Positions 9,159 to 18,048 of a stretch of 36,680 nt of DNA are shown piece by piece. A model generated the notes under the pieces. The model saw only the letters and a program-made list of their open reading frames with translations, made no database searches and was not told the DNA's origin. The DNA comes from Terrimicrobiaceae bacterium. Lineage in GTDB: Bacteria > Verrucomicrobiota > Verrucomicrobiia > Chthoniobacterales > Terrimicrobiaceae. Position 1 is the stretch's first letter; each line of letters begins with the position of its first letter. The stretch covers positions 1 through 36,680 of the forward strand of contig JBGSVZ010000125.1 of NCBI GenBank assembly GCA_041752695.1, read 5' to 3'. Both the position numbers and the translations under genes were made by a program.

Positions 9159-10454
9159 ATGAGATTCCCGCTGCCGTTGACGGCGAAAATTGCCCAGTAC
9201 ATCATCGGCAAAAAGCTGCGTGGGGTGGAAAAGTTTTCCACTGTGCTCCAGTTGGAGCCGCTTCACACCTGCAACCTCACCTGCACTGGCTGCGGGCGGA
9301 TTCGGGAGTATTCCACTTCGTTGAAGGACGTGATGAGCCTGAAGGATTGCCTGGGCGCGGCGGAGGAGTGCGGCGCGCCCATGATTTCCATTTGCGGGGG
9401 CGAACCCCTCATCTATCCGGAAATTGAGGCTTTGGTGGAAGGGCTGCTCGATCAGGGGCGGATTGTCTACATTTGCACCAATGGCCTCTTCATGCGCAAA
9501 AAGATGCGCGAGTTTCTCGCCCAGGAATGGGCCAAGCCGGGCGGTCGTCCGAAGTGGGTCGAGGCCAAACTTCAGATGCTGCTTTCCGAAGAATTGATCA
9601 AGCCGGAGGAGGCTCAAAAAATCCGCACGTTGCCGGAAAACTTTGAAGCCAAGGCAGTCATCCGGCCCAGTTCTTGGATGTATTGGAACGTCCACCTCGA
9701 CGGTCTGGAGCGCACGCATGATCTCATTGTGGAACGCGAGGGCGTCTTCAAGGAATGCATTCTGGCCATGCGCATGGCCAAGATTCTCGGGTACCAGGTC
9801 GCGACCAACACCACGATCTACAAGGAAACCGACATGGATGAGATCGAGAAGATGTACGATTATCTCTCCTGGCTCGGTATCGATGGGCACACCATTTCGC
9901 CTGGTTATGACTACGACTCCGCCAAGGAGGACATGCGCAAACGCCTAAACCTCGAACCGGAAAATTTCTTCCTCACCCGGGAAATGACCAAGGCGAAGTT
10001 CAAAAACATTCGCTCGTGGGGCGAAAAATACACCCTCTTTGGCACGCCCATTTATCTCGATTTCCTCGCCGGCAAACGGGATCTCACCTGCTCCGCGTGG
10101 GCCATTCCCACCCGCAACATCCGCGGCTGGAAGGCTCCGTGTTATTTGATGACCGACGGCCATTACGCCACCTACCGGGAGTTGATCGACAAGACCACCT
10201 GGGAGAACTACGGCGTGGTGGACGGTGTCGCCCGCGACAAACGCTGTGAGAACTGCATGGTCCATTGCGGGTATGAACCGACGGCCAGCCTGAGCCCGCT
10301 GCCCGGCGATACCTGGCAAAACCTGACCTTTAATTTCGGGGCCAAACCCAAGCCTCGCATCGAGGGCGCCAACGTCCAGGCCTACACCGGCGTCACCTGT
10401 GGCAATGGCCACAAGACCGGCCGCCCGCAAAAATCGGAATCCGCCGCGGTGTGA
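9159..10454 (+). CDS. hpnH: Hopanoid biosynthesis radical SAM protein (adenosyl-hopene transferase)
   Basis: LEPLHTCNLTCTGCGRI (CxxxCxxC), GGEPL, VHLDG, RGWKAPCYL, CENCMVHCGYE; directly upstream of shc. Confidence 0.92.
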   Translation: MRFPLPLTAKIAQYIIGKKLRGVEKFSTVLQLEPLHTCNLTCTGCGRIREYSTSLKDVMSLKDCLGAAEECGAPMISICGGEPLIYPEIEALVEGLLDQGRIVYICTNGLFMRKKMREFLAQEWAKPGGRPKWVEAKLQMLLSEELIKPEEAQKIRTLPENFEAKAVIRPSSWMYWNVHLDGLERTHDLIVEREGVFKECILAMRMAKILGYQVATNTTIYKETDMDEIEKMYDYLSWLGIDGHTISPGYDYDSAKEDMRKRLNLEPENFFLTREMTKAKFKNIRSWGEKYTLFGTPIYLDFLAGKRDLTCSAWAIPTRNIRGWKAPCYLMTDGHYATYRELIDKTTWENYGVVDGVARDKRCENCMVHCGYEPTASLSPLPGDTWQNLTFNFGAKPKPRIEGANVQAYTGVTCGNGHKTGRPQKSESAAV

Positions 10455-12439
10455 GCGGCCAGAATGCCGGGCTTGGTCCCGAGCCCTTGCCAACCATGAT
10501 TCCATCTGTCGCCAAAGTATTGCCTTTTGAGTCGCCGGAGGTTTCCGCGCTCCCTTCCGCACTCTCGCTGGAGGAGGCGGTGGCGCGTTCCCAAGGCAAC
10601 CTGCTCCGCCTGCAGAAACCCGACGGGCATTGGGAGGGAGAACTCCTGGTTGATAGCACGCTGTGCTCGGACTACGTGCTCTACATGCATTGGCTGGGAA
10701 AAGTGGACGAAGACCGTCAGGCCAAATGCGTTGCCCATATCCGGAGGCGTCAGCTCGCGGACGGCGGGTGGAATATTTTCATCGGCGGTCCGAGCGAAAT
10801 CAGCGCTTCGGTGAAGGCGTATTTCGCGATGAAACTTGCCGGCGATTCCCCGAACGCTCCGTGGATGCGGGAGGCCCGGGCGAATATTTTGCGGCTCGGT
10901 GGGATCCCGCAGATGAACACTTTTGCGAAACTCTATCTCGCGCTCATGGGGCAGTTCCCCTGGAAATACCTGCCCACCATTCCCTCGGAAATTTTCCTCT
11001 TCCCCAATTGGGCATTTTTTAACCTCTACGAAATGTCCTCGTGGAGCCGCACGATCATCGCGCCGCTCGCGATCCTCAATCATTACAAGCCGGTCCGCGT
11101 GCTGCCGGCTGACAAACAGCTGCATGAACTTTATCCGGCCGGACTGGAAAATACCAACCTGTCTCTCAAGAAAGACCCGCGCTTCTGGGCGTGGAAAAAT
11201 TTCTTCCTTCGTTGCGACCAGATTCTGAAAGTTTACGACAGCTTTCCCGTCCACCCGCTCCGCCATAGGGCCCTGAAAGCCACGGAAAACTGGATGGTCG
11301 AACGCATGGGCGAGGGGAGCGAGGGGCTCAGCGCCATCTTCCCCGCGATGCTGAATGCCATGATGGCCCTGCGCGTGCTGGGCTATGGGGATGACCATCC
11401 GCTGGTCGAAAAGGCGGAACGTGATTTTGCCGGACTTTTTGTCGATGACACCGACGATTTCCGCATCCAGCCCTGTCTCTCTCCGGTTTGGGACACCGCG
11501 ATTACGACGATCTCCCTGGCTGAATCCGGCCTGCAATCTCATCCCGCCCTGGTGCAGGCCACGGAGTGGCTGGAAAACAAGGAAGTCCGCTTTGCCGGCG
11601 ACTGGGCGGTCCGCGTCAAAGGCGTCGAACCAAGTGGCTGGGCCTTCGAACACGAGAACAAATATTATCCCGACACCGATGACACCATGATGGTGCTCAT
11701 GGCGTTGCGCCACGTTGAAGCCAAAGATGCCTACACGCGCAGGGTCCAGTTCGACCGCGCCTTGAAATGGTTGCTGGCTTTTCAAGATGAGGATGGCGGC
11801 TGGGCGGCCTTCGATAAAGGGGTCACCGCCCCTTGGCTGGAACATGTGCCGTTTGCCGACCACAATGCGATTCTTGATCCGACCTGCTCCGACCTGACAG
11901 GCCGCGTTCTCGAGTTGCTTGGGTACATCGGGTACGACCGTCAGAGCCAGACCGTGCGCCGTGCCGTGGCCATGATTCGTCGCACGCAAGAGGCGGACGG
12001 TTCCTGGTATGGGCGGTGGGGCGTCAATTACATTTACGGCACCTGGCAGATCCTGCGCGGCCTGGCTTCCATCGGGGAAAATATGGACCAGGAGTGGATT
12101 CGCCGCGGCCGGGACTGGCTCGAAAGCTGCCAGAACGACGATGGTGGCTGGGGCGAGACCTGCGAATCCTATAATTTTCCCGCCCTGAAAGGCCGCGGCC
12201 CCAGCACTCCAAGCCAGACCGCCTGGGCATTGATGGGAATTTGTGCCTGCGGTGAAGCTGACCGCGAATCGCTCAAACAAGGCGTCGAATACCTCATCCG
12301 CACGCAAAACGAGGACGGTTCCTGGAACGAGGACTACACCACCGGCACTGGGTTTCCCTGCGTTTTTTATCTCAAATACGATATGTACCGACAGCATTTC
12401 CCGCTGCTCGCTTTGGCCACGTACCGGAAGATGTTGTAA
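10451..12439 (+). CDS. shc: Squalene--hopene cyclase
   Basis: YPDTDDT (DxDD) and several QW repeats (QKPDGHW, QDEDGGW, QEADGSWYGRWG, QNDDGGW, QNEDGSW). The start could be 10496. Confidence 0.96.
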   Translation: MSGQNAGLGPEPLPTMIPSVAKVLPFESPEVSALPSALSLEEAVARSQGNLLRLQKPDGHWEGELLVDSTLCSDYVLYMHWLGKVDEDRQAKCVAHIRRRQLADGGWNIFIGGPSEISASVKAYFAMKLAGDSPNAPWMREARANILRLGGIPQMNTFAKLYLALMGQFPWKYLPTIPSEIFLFPNWAFFNLYEMSSWSRTIIAPLAILNHYKPVRVLPADKQLHELYPAGLENTNLSLKKDPRFWAWKNFFLRCDQILKVYDSFPVHPLRHRALKATENWMVERMGEGSEGLSAIFPAMLNAMMALRVLGYGDDHPLVEKAERDFAGLFVDDTDDFRIQPCLSPVWDTAITTISLAESGLQSHPALVQATEWLENKEVRFAGDWAVRVKGVEPSGWAFEHENKYYPDTDDTMMVLMALRHVEAKDAYTRRVQFDRALKWLLAFQDEDGGWAAFDKGVTAPWLEHVPFADHNAILDPTCSDLTGRVLELLGYIGYDRQSQTVRRAVAMIRRTQEADGSWYGRWGVNYIYGTWQILRGLASIGENMDQEWIRRGRDWLESCQNDDGGWGETCESYNFPALKGRGPSTPSQTAWALMGICACGEADRESLKQGVEYLIRTQNEDGSWNEDYTTGTGFPCVFYLKYDMYRQHFPLLALATYRKML

Positions 12440-12468
12440 CGTCGGGTCCGGCGATGGAGCCATTGAGT

Positions 12469-12491
12469 CACCGGCAGGATGCCGGTGCTAC
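12469..12491 (-). repeat. GTAG-tagged REP-like palindrome between convergent genes
   Basis: Minus strand reads GTAG-CACCGGCA-TCC-TGCCGGTG, an 8-bp perfect stem. Confidence 0.65.
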
Positions 12492-12502
12492 GATTTGACT
12501 CT

Positions 12503-12802
12503 CTACTCCGGCATGAACCAGACCATCCCGGCGCAGGTGAGGATCACCCAGAGCGCGAAGATGATCTTCTTCTTAGGGGAAGGAATGTTGCCGATGAAAT
12601 AGGCACCAATCCACGAGATCGACCAGATCGCCACGGGGACAAAATCCGTCTTGGCAAGCAGGAGGGACGGCGCGGCGAAAAGCAGGCCGACCGCGATCAC
12701 CCAGAGATCAAGGAACTTTCCGGCGATGCCTTTCAGCAGGCGGCCCAGGGAGAAGGCAATGCTTTGGGCAATGATGGCGACAATGACAAGAATGATGGCC
12801 AT
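12503..12802 (-). CDS. Small hypothetical integral membrane protein
   Basis: 99 aa with about four hydrophobic segments; starts 9 nt after the upstream gene's stop. Confidence 0.75.
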   Translation of the reverse strand: MAIILVIVAIIAQSIAFSLGRLLKGIAGKFLDLWVIAVGLLFAAPSLLLAKTDFVPVAIWSISWIGAYFIGNIPSPKKKIIFALWVILTCAGMVWFMPE

Positions 12803-12811
12803 GGGGTGTGT

Positions 12812-13861
12812 CTATTCGTCGTTGAGCGGCCCCACGCCGACCAGCCAGAGTTTGAGAAAAGCAAGGATCTGGTTGCGCTCGAGATTGTTGGCGATGACGT
12901 CAAAAGTCACCTTGCTGGAAACGACGGTATCGTCCGTGCCCATCTTATCCTCATAGAGAATTTTTCCGGTCAGGCCGGGTTTGCCTTTGTCGACGGCAAA
13001 GAAGGATTCCTCATCCACTTCACCGCCGGTGAAGGTGTCTTCACTGGTCTGCACGCGATCTTCGTTCCACCGCAGGTTGAGCACATACTCGCCCTTGCCG
13101 TTGGCTGCGCGGTTGGGATCTTCCACCCAGCGGATGGACCCAGTGATTTTGTCGGGCGTCTTGGCACCCTCCGGCAGGATGCTGATGCCTTCTGTGATCC
13201 AGGAGCCGCTTTCGCGATCGTAGATGAGTTTTCCATCAACCGTGAAACGGTAGTGCGCACCAAGGGGGCCCTTGGCCACGACCAACTGTCGAAAATCCAT
13301 CGGGTCGATGTTGTTGGCGGTATAGGTTGCGACTTTTCCCCCGCCCAATTTGCGGACAAACTTGGCCGTCCCTCCCGGCTGCGAACCCTTGCCCAGCATG
13401 ACGCCGGAAAAATAGTCGGTGAAGGCGGCTTGATTGCCGACCGACTGAATTTGAATGCGAGGTTTGGAATTCGGGTCACCCGCGCCGTTCCAAAGATACT
13501 GGCCCGCATCATCCGTCACCACCGTCCCCAGCCAGTCGCCGAGATAGGTGCCGTTGACCGAAAGCGCGAGGGAATAAAAAAGCGATCCCCGCTGGACTTC
13601 GCGACCGAGGATCCCGCTGGCGAGGCGGGGCGTTCTCTCCACCGTTCCCTTGAACTCGGTGGCACCGGCCTTGACCGCGATCTTATACACGTCCTTTACG
13701 CCTTTATTCGGCTTGCCGTCGGAGGCCACATTTTGCGCCAGGCGGGTGTGGAACATGATGTCCATCGTACCCGTGATGGCCGGGCCATTGACGGGCTTTT
13801 GGGCGAGCGCAGCCGAGGTTAACGTGCTTAAGAGGACGATGGCGAGGAGTGATCGTTTCAT
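12812..13861 (-). CDS. Hypothetical secreted protein, beta-rich
   Basis: Signal peptide MKRSLLAIVLLSTLTSAALA; 349 aa; coding-like composition. Confidence 0.82.
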   Translation of the reverse strand: MKRSLLAIVLLSTLTSAALAQKPVNGPAITGTMDIMFHTRLAQNVASDGKPNKGVKDVYKIAVKAGATEFKGTVERTPRLASGILGREVQRGSLFYSLALSVNGTYLGDWLGTVVTDDAGQYLWNGAGDPNSKPRIQIQSVGNQAAFTDYFSGVMLGKGSQPGGTAKFVRKLGGGKVATYTANNIDPMDFRQLVVAKGPLGAHYRFTVDGKLIYDRESGSWITEGISILPEGAKTPDKITGSIRWVEDPNRAANGKGEYVLNLRWNEDRVQTSEDTFTGGEVDEESFFAVDKGKPGLTGKILYEDKMGTDDTVVSSKVTFDVIANNLERNQILAFLKLWLVGVGPLNDE

Positions 13862-13930
13862 AGGTGGGCCCGTGGTTGAGCCAACCTTGTAACAATCACG
13901 TGGCTTTCTGCAAGCCTCCGCGAGGTCGTC

Positions 13931-14530
13931 TTACGCGATCTTTCCGCGCAGGCCGCCCAGCGCGTGGGAAAGTTTGCGGACCCCGAGCTCGATCCGGGTT
14001 TTTACCGTCCCCAACGGGGTCTTGGTCATCACGGAAATCTCCCGCTGGCTGCGATTTTCGAAAAATGCCATCCGAACAACCTGCTCCTGGTTGGGTGGCA
14101 GTGTTCTCATATGCTGTTCGAGAAGTTCCCGGAGGTCTCCCAAACAGGCCTCACTCTCGACGACATGGGTTTCGTCGAAAGATTTGTCGTCATGATTGCA
14201 GGAAATCTCGTAACGATCCGTCGCCCGGCGGTAGGCACTGTGCTGCCGCAGGCGGTCAATCGCCCGGCGGCGCGCCAGCGTACAAAGCCAGCTCACGAGT
14301 TTGCCTTTGCCCGCGGAATAACTTTCGGCGCGGTCCCAAACTTGCAGGAAAACCTCTTGGAGAACATCGTCAGCCTCCGCGTCGTCGTGCAGGACCTGCA
14401 TGATGATGGAGCGAAGGATGGCCCGGTAACGCTGGTGGAGTTGGGACAGAGCATTTTGTTCGCGGCGGAGGAGTCCGTTCATGATCTCCTGGTCTTCCGC
14501 GATCGCATTCGGTTCGAGTAGTGTTTCCAT
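13931..14530 (-). CDS. ECF RNA polymerase sigma-70 factor (SigK-like)
   Basis: ADDVLQEVFLQVW, SWLCTLARRRAIDRLR, SQREIS..PLGTVKTRI. Confidence 0.93.
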   Translation of the reverse strand: METLLEPNAIAEDQEIMNGLLRREQNALSQLHQRYRAILRSIIMQVLHDDAEADDVLQEVFLQVWDRAESYSAGKGKLVSWLCTLARRRAIDRLRQHSAYRRATDRYEISCNHDDKSFDETHVVESEACLGDLRELLEQHMRTLPPNQEQVVRMAFFENRSQREISVMTKTPLGTVKTRIELGVRKLSHALGGLRGKIA

Positions 14531-14685
14531 ATTCGTGCGTTTTGGTTGTGATCAACCTAGTGCCCCTGCGGCAGGCTGAAAATCGGTGCGCCCGTGGATT
14601 GAGGCATCGGGCGATCTGCCTGCCCCTATCGGGCGTCCCTGACCCCCACCTCAGGGATTTCCTGGCACCAAAGCTGCTATCGGGA

Positions 14686-16095
14686 GTGGTGAGCGCCGAA
14701 TCCGTAGATACCCACAACAAGGCCCTGAAGGTAAATCTTGACCCCCGATGGTATGGCACGTTTGCCGAGATCGGGGCGGGGCAGGAGGTGGTGCGATGGT
14801 TTTTTCGGGTTGGCGGAGCGGCGGGCACCATCGCCAAAAGTATTTCTGCCTATGACATGAAGGTGAGCGACGCCATCTATGGGCGCAGCGAACGCTACGT
14901 GTCCAAGGGGCGACTCCAGGCCATGCTGGACCGTGAGCTGGAATTAAATGTCGAACGTCTGGGCGGGGCGCGCGGCGACACGACGGCATTTTTTGCCTTC
15001 GCCGATACCGTTGTGGCCCGCAGTTTCAAGGGCGGAAACGAGTGTCATGGTTGGATGGGGGTGAAGTTTCAAAGCCGTCCCCGCGATGAACCCAGTCAGA
15101 TTCTCATGCATGTTCGTATGCTTGATGCGGAAGCTTCCCTGCAGCAGGAAGCTCTTGGCATTGTCGGGGTGAACCTCTGCTACGCCGCTTTTTTTCTCCA
15201 CCACTCGCCGGAGAAGCTTGTTGAATCGCTCTTGGATATGCTCACGACCGGCCGCATCGAGATCGACATGATCGAGTTTAGCGGCATCGAATTCCGCAAT
15301 GTGGATAATCGGGTGATGGCGCTCCAGTTGGTTCAACTCGGACTGAGCGGTGCCGCAATGTTTGGCGCGGACCGCGAGGTGTTGCAACCTACCGAGGTGC
15401 TCTACAAAAAGGCCATTCTTGTGGAACGGGGGAGTTTCCGGCCCACCACCCATGTGAACCTCGACATGGTCGCGTGCGCGCTTGCCAAATTCAAGGAGGA
15501 CCCCGCCGTGGCGGACAAACCGATCCTGCCGATCATGGAAATCACCATGCGTAATCTTCTGGCGGGCGGAAAAGACGTGGATCGCCGCGATTTTTTAGCG
15601 AGGGCCGAACTCCTGGCCGCGTGTGGCATGACAGTGATGATCTCTGACTATTTCGAATATTACCGTCTGGCCGCCTACCTGGCCTGGCGAACGAAGGAAC
15701 GGATTGGCATTGTGATGGGCGTTCCGAGTTTGATCGAGCTCTTCGACGAAAAGTATTACACCCAGCTTCCAGGAGGGGTGTTGGAAAGTTTTGGGAGGCT
15801 TTTTAAAAATGACTTGCGCCTTTTTGTTTATCCGTATCAGCGTGTCGAGGGAGAGGCGCCGCAGACGATCCATACGTTGGAAGTCTCGCCGGAACTCACC
15901 CCGCTCTACGACTACCTCGCGAGGCGAGGGAGCTTTGTGCACCTCGACAACGCCAATCCGGCCTATGCGGCGATTTTTTCCCGCGATGTGCTCAAGCGGA
16001 TCGCCTCCGGGGATGAACGGTGGGAACAGATGGTTCCCCCGCAGGTCGCCGCGCTCATTCGCAAGCGCGGATTTTTTGGCTGCGCGGCCTCCTGA
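14686..16095 (+). CDS. Conserved protein with a CinA/PncC-like N-terminal domain and a NadD-like nucleotidyltransferase-fold C-terminal domain
   Basis: YGTFAEIGAG..GGAAGT..SAYD..YVS resembles the CinA C-domain; RGSFRPTTHVN and IFSRDVLKRI..WEQMVPPQVAALIRKRGFFG resemble NadD. GTG start inferred. Confidence 0.75.
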   Translation: MVSAESVDTHNKALKVNLDPRWYGTFAEIGAGQEVVRWFFRVGGAAGTIAKSISAYDMKVSDAIYGRSERYVSKGRLQAMLDRELELNVERLGGARGDTTAFFAFADTVVARSFKGGNECHGWMGVKFQSRPRDEPSQILMHVRMLDAEASLQQEALGIVGVNLCYAAFFLHHSPEKLVESLLDMLTTGRIEIDMIEFSGIEFRNVDNRVMALQLVQLGLSGAAMFGADREVLQPTEVLYKKAILVERGSFRPTTHVNLDMVACALAKFKEDPAVADKPILPIMEITMRNLLAGGKDVDRRDFLARAELLAACGMTVMISDYFEYYRLAAYLAWRTKERIGIVMGVPSLIELFDEKYYTQLPGGVLESFGRLFKNDLRLFVYPYQRVEGEAPQTIHTLEVSPELTPLYDYLARRGSFVHLDNANPAYAAIFSRDVLKRIASGDERWEQMVPPQVAALIRKRGFFGCAAS

Positions 16096-16122
16096 AGAGG
16101 CGGCACGCCTTGGAACAAACGC

Positions 16123-16263
16123 CTAGCTTTCCGAATCCGCGCTCTTTGGGGCGGAATTTGCTTCCCGCGATTTTTCCAGCTTCTTCGCCAGTTTTTCCTT
16201 CTTTTTTGCCTGCTTTGCGAGGTCCTTCCGACGTTTTTCGCCTGCGTAGTTGGGTGATGCCAT
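16123..16263 (-). CDS. Small basic protein, 46 aa (not in the ORF track)
   Basis: Manual translation: MASPNYAGEKRRKDLAKQAKKKEKLAKKLEKSREANSAPKSADSES. Resembles small lysine-rich proteins beginning M-A-x-P-N-Y-x-x-E-K-R. Confidence 0.72.
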   Translation of the reverse strand: MASPNYAGEKRRKDLAKQAKKKEKLAKKLEKSREANSAPKSADSES

Positions 16264-16478
16264 GCGGAAGATTCTTCGAATTTCCCGCAAAATGCCATCC
16301 AAAAAGTCAACTGGGGGATATGGGAGGAGACGGACGACGTTTGAGAGGCGTTCGCCGGGGCCGCATTCCGCGACGAGCGCGCAGGAAAAGAAGCCGCATT
16401 TTTGGCCACCAGTTGCATTAGTTTTTCCTTCGACTTAGGATTGACATTGCTAAGTTTCAGACAAAGTTTGGCAACATT

Positions 16479-16907
16479 ATGAATGCGACCATTGTTGATT
16501 CTAATGTCCTGCAAAGATCGCCGGTGCACGGCGAAGATAATCCCGCGGTGAGCTGGAAGGGCGCGTTCGCTTTATGCGGCGGGGCCGGGACAACGCAGTC
16601 GTCCACCATCGTTTACGAAATTGAACCTGGACATCGATTGGGCTGGCACACGGATGCGACGGAGGAGTCGCAATACATCATCGCGGGCTCCGGCGAATTG
16701 CATCTCGAGGATGGCACGGTGCATCGCGTCGGCCCCGGCAGTGTGTTTGTGCTGCCGACGCCGCTCCGTCACGATCTGGTCAATGTCGGGACCGAGACTT
16801 TGCGCGCGGTGGCCTTTTTTGCGGCGGCCATGTTCACGCAAACCTTTGACGATGTGATGCTCCCACCCAAGACTCACGTCCTTGGCACACCCAATCGCAA
16901 CGGTTGA
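16479..16907 (+). CDS. Cupin-domain protein
   Basis: PGHRLGWHTDATEE and PTPLRHDLVNVG cupin motifs. Confidence 0.88.
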   Translation: MNATIVDSNVLQRSPVHGEDNPAVSWKGAFALCGGAGTTQSSTIVYEIEPGHRLGWHTDATEESQYIIAGSGELHLEDGTVHRVGPGSVFVLPTPLRHDLVNVGTETLRAVAFFAAAMFTQTFDDVMLPPKTHVLGTPNRNG

Positions 16908-16919
16908 GACGAACTGCCG

Positions 16920-17966
16920 CTATGCGCTATTCTCGATGTGGGAAATGATGCGGTCGCGGCCGGTCTCCTTGGCCCGGTAGAGGCCGGCGTCAGCCAATCG
17001 GATCACTTCTTCGGGGGAAACGGCCGACGCGGGGTCGAAGTAGGCCAGCCCCATGCTGATGGTGACGCGGATGGCGTGCCCTTCCGCCTCGATGGGGGAG
17101 GAACGGATAGCCTCGCGAACCCTTTGCGCAATGTTCAAGGCCTCCGTTGCCTCGGGATCAGAGACCACGAGCAGGAATTCCTCGCCGCCCATCCGACAGG
17201 CGAAGTCGTCGGCTCGGATCCCGCGCAGGATGCGCCTGGCCACTTCCCGTAAAACCTCGTCACCAGCGGAGTGTCCGTAGGTGTCGTTGATCTTTTTAAA
17301 AAAATCGATATCGAGCATCCCGATGCAAAACTTTTCCCGGTTTTGCACGGCTACATGATGTTGGCGGACGAGAAATTCCGAGCAGCCCGCTCGATTCCAA
17401 AGGCGGGTGAGGGGATCCACCAGCACAGCTCTCTTAGCCTGGGCGAGTTCCTCGTTCATGCGAACCTGAGCCACGGCCAGATGGTTGGATTTGATCTCCA
17501 CCTCCACCATGGCTGCGAGATCCTTCAAGTCTTCCAGTTGCGAGGCGGTCAACTCCCTTGGCTGACGGTCGATCACGCAAAGGGATCCAATTTTATGACC
17601 GTCGGGCGAGCGCACTGGGCAGCCGGCATAAAATCGGATTCCCGGATCGCCTGTAACCAAGGGGTTTTCGGTGAAACGGTCGTCCTTGGTGGCGTCTTCG
17701 ACGATCAGGACATTGTCGCCCAGAATGGTGTGGGAACAAAACGCAATGTCCCGTGATGTTTCCGTGGTCTGGAGGCCTTGAATCGATTTGAACCATTGGC
17801 GGTCATGGTCAATGAGGGAAATCGCGGCGATGGGAACTCCGATCAGTCGGGACGCGAGCCGCGTCACCCGCTCGAAGCGTTCCTCCATGGCGGTGTCGAG
17901 AATATTCAGGGAAGCAAGCGCGTGCTGGCGTTCCTTTTCGTTGGCGGGAATTTCCGGGATTTTCAC
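16920..17966 (-). CDS. GAF-sensor diguanylate cyclase
   Basis: GAF region (ILDT..EERFERVT, FCSHTI, RFYAGCP); DIDFFKKINDTYGH; RxxD I-site (RADD); GGEEF. Confidence 0.93.
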   Translation of the reverse strand: MKIPEIPANEKERQHALASLNILDTAMEERFERVTRLASRLIGVPIAAISLIDHDRQWFKSIQGLQTTETSRDIAFCSHTILGDNVLIVEDATKDDRFTENPLVTGDPGIRFYAGCPVRSPDGHKIGSLCVIDRQPRELTASQLEDLKDLAAMVEVEIKSNHLAVAQVRMNEELAQAKRAVLVDPLTRLWNRAGCSEFLVRQHHVAVQNREKFCIGMLDIDFFKKINDTYGHSAGDEVLREVARRILRGIRADDFACRMGGEEFLLVVSDPEATEALNIAQRVREAIRSSPIEAEGHAIRVTISMGLAYFDPASAVSPEEVIRLADAGLYRAKETGRDRIISHIENSA

Positions 17967-18048
17967 AATCGAAATTACGGAGGGATTGGCGGAGGGGAAA
18001 CCGTTTTTCGAATAAAATCTTCCGAAAAAATCAGCTGGGAGTCGATTC

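Noticed and set aside
10382..12463. 693-aa minus-strand ORF
   Set aside because: Antisense shadow of shc in GC-rich DNA, with no recognisable motifs.
12479..13822. 447-aa plus-strand ORF, and similar long ORFs at 18157-19689, 7447-8634, 8571-9890, 21139-22194 and 25228-26286
   Set aside because: All lie antisense to well-supported genes and show no domain signatures.
16441..16478. Sigma-70 promoter (TTGACA) for the cupin gene
   Set aside because: The -35 is perfect but there is no convincing -10 at 16-18 bp spacing; not supportable.
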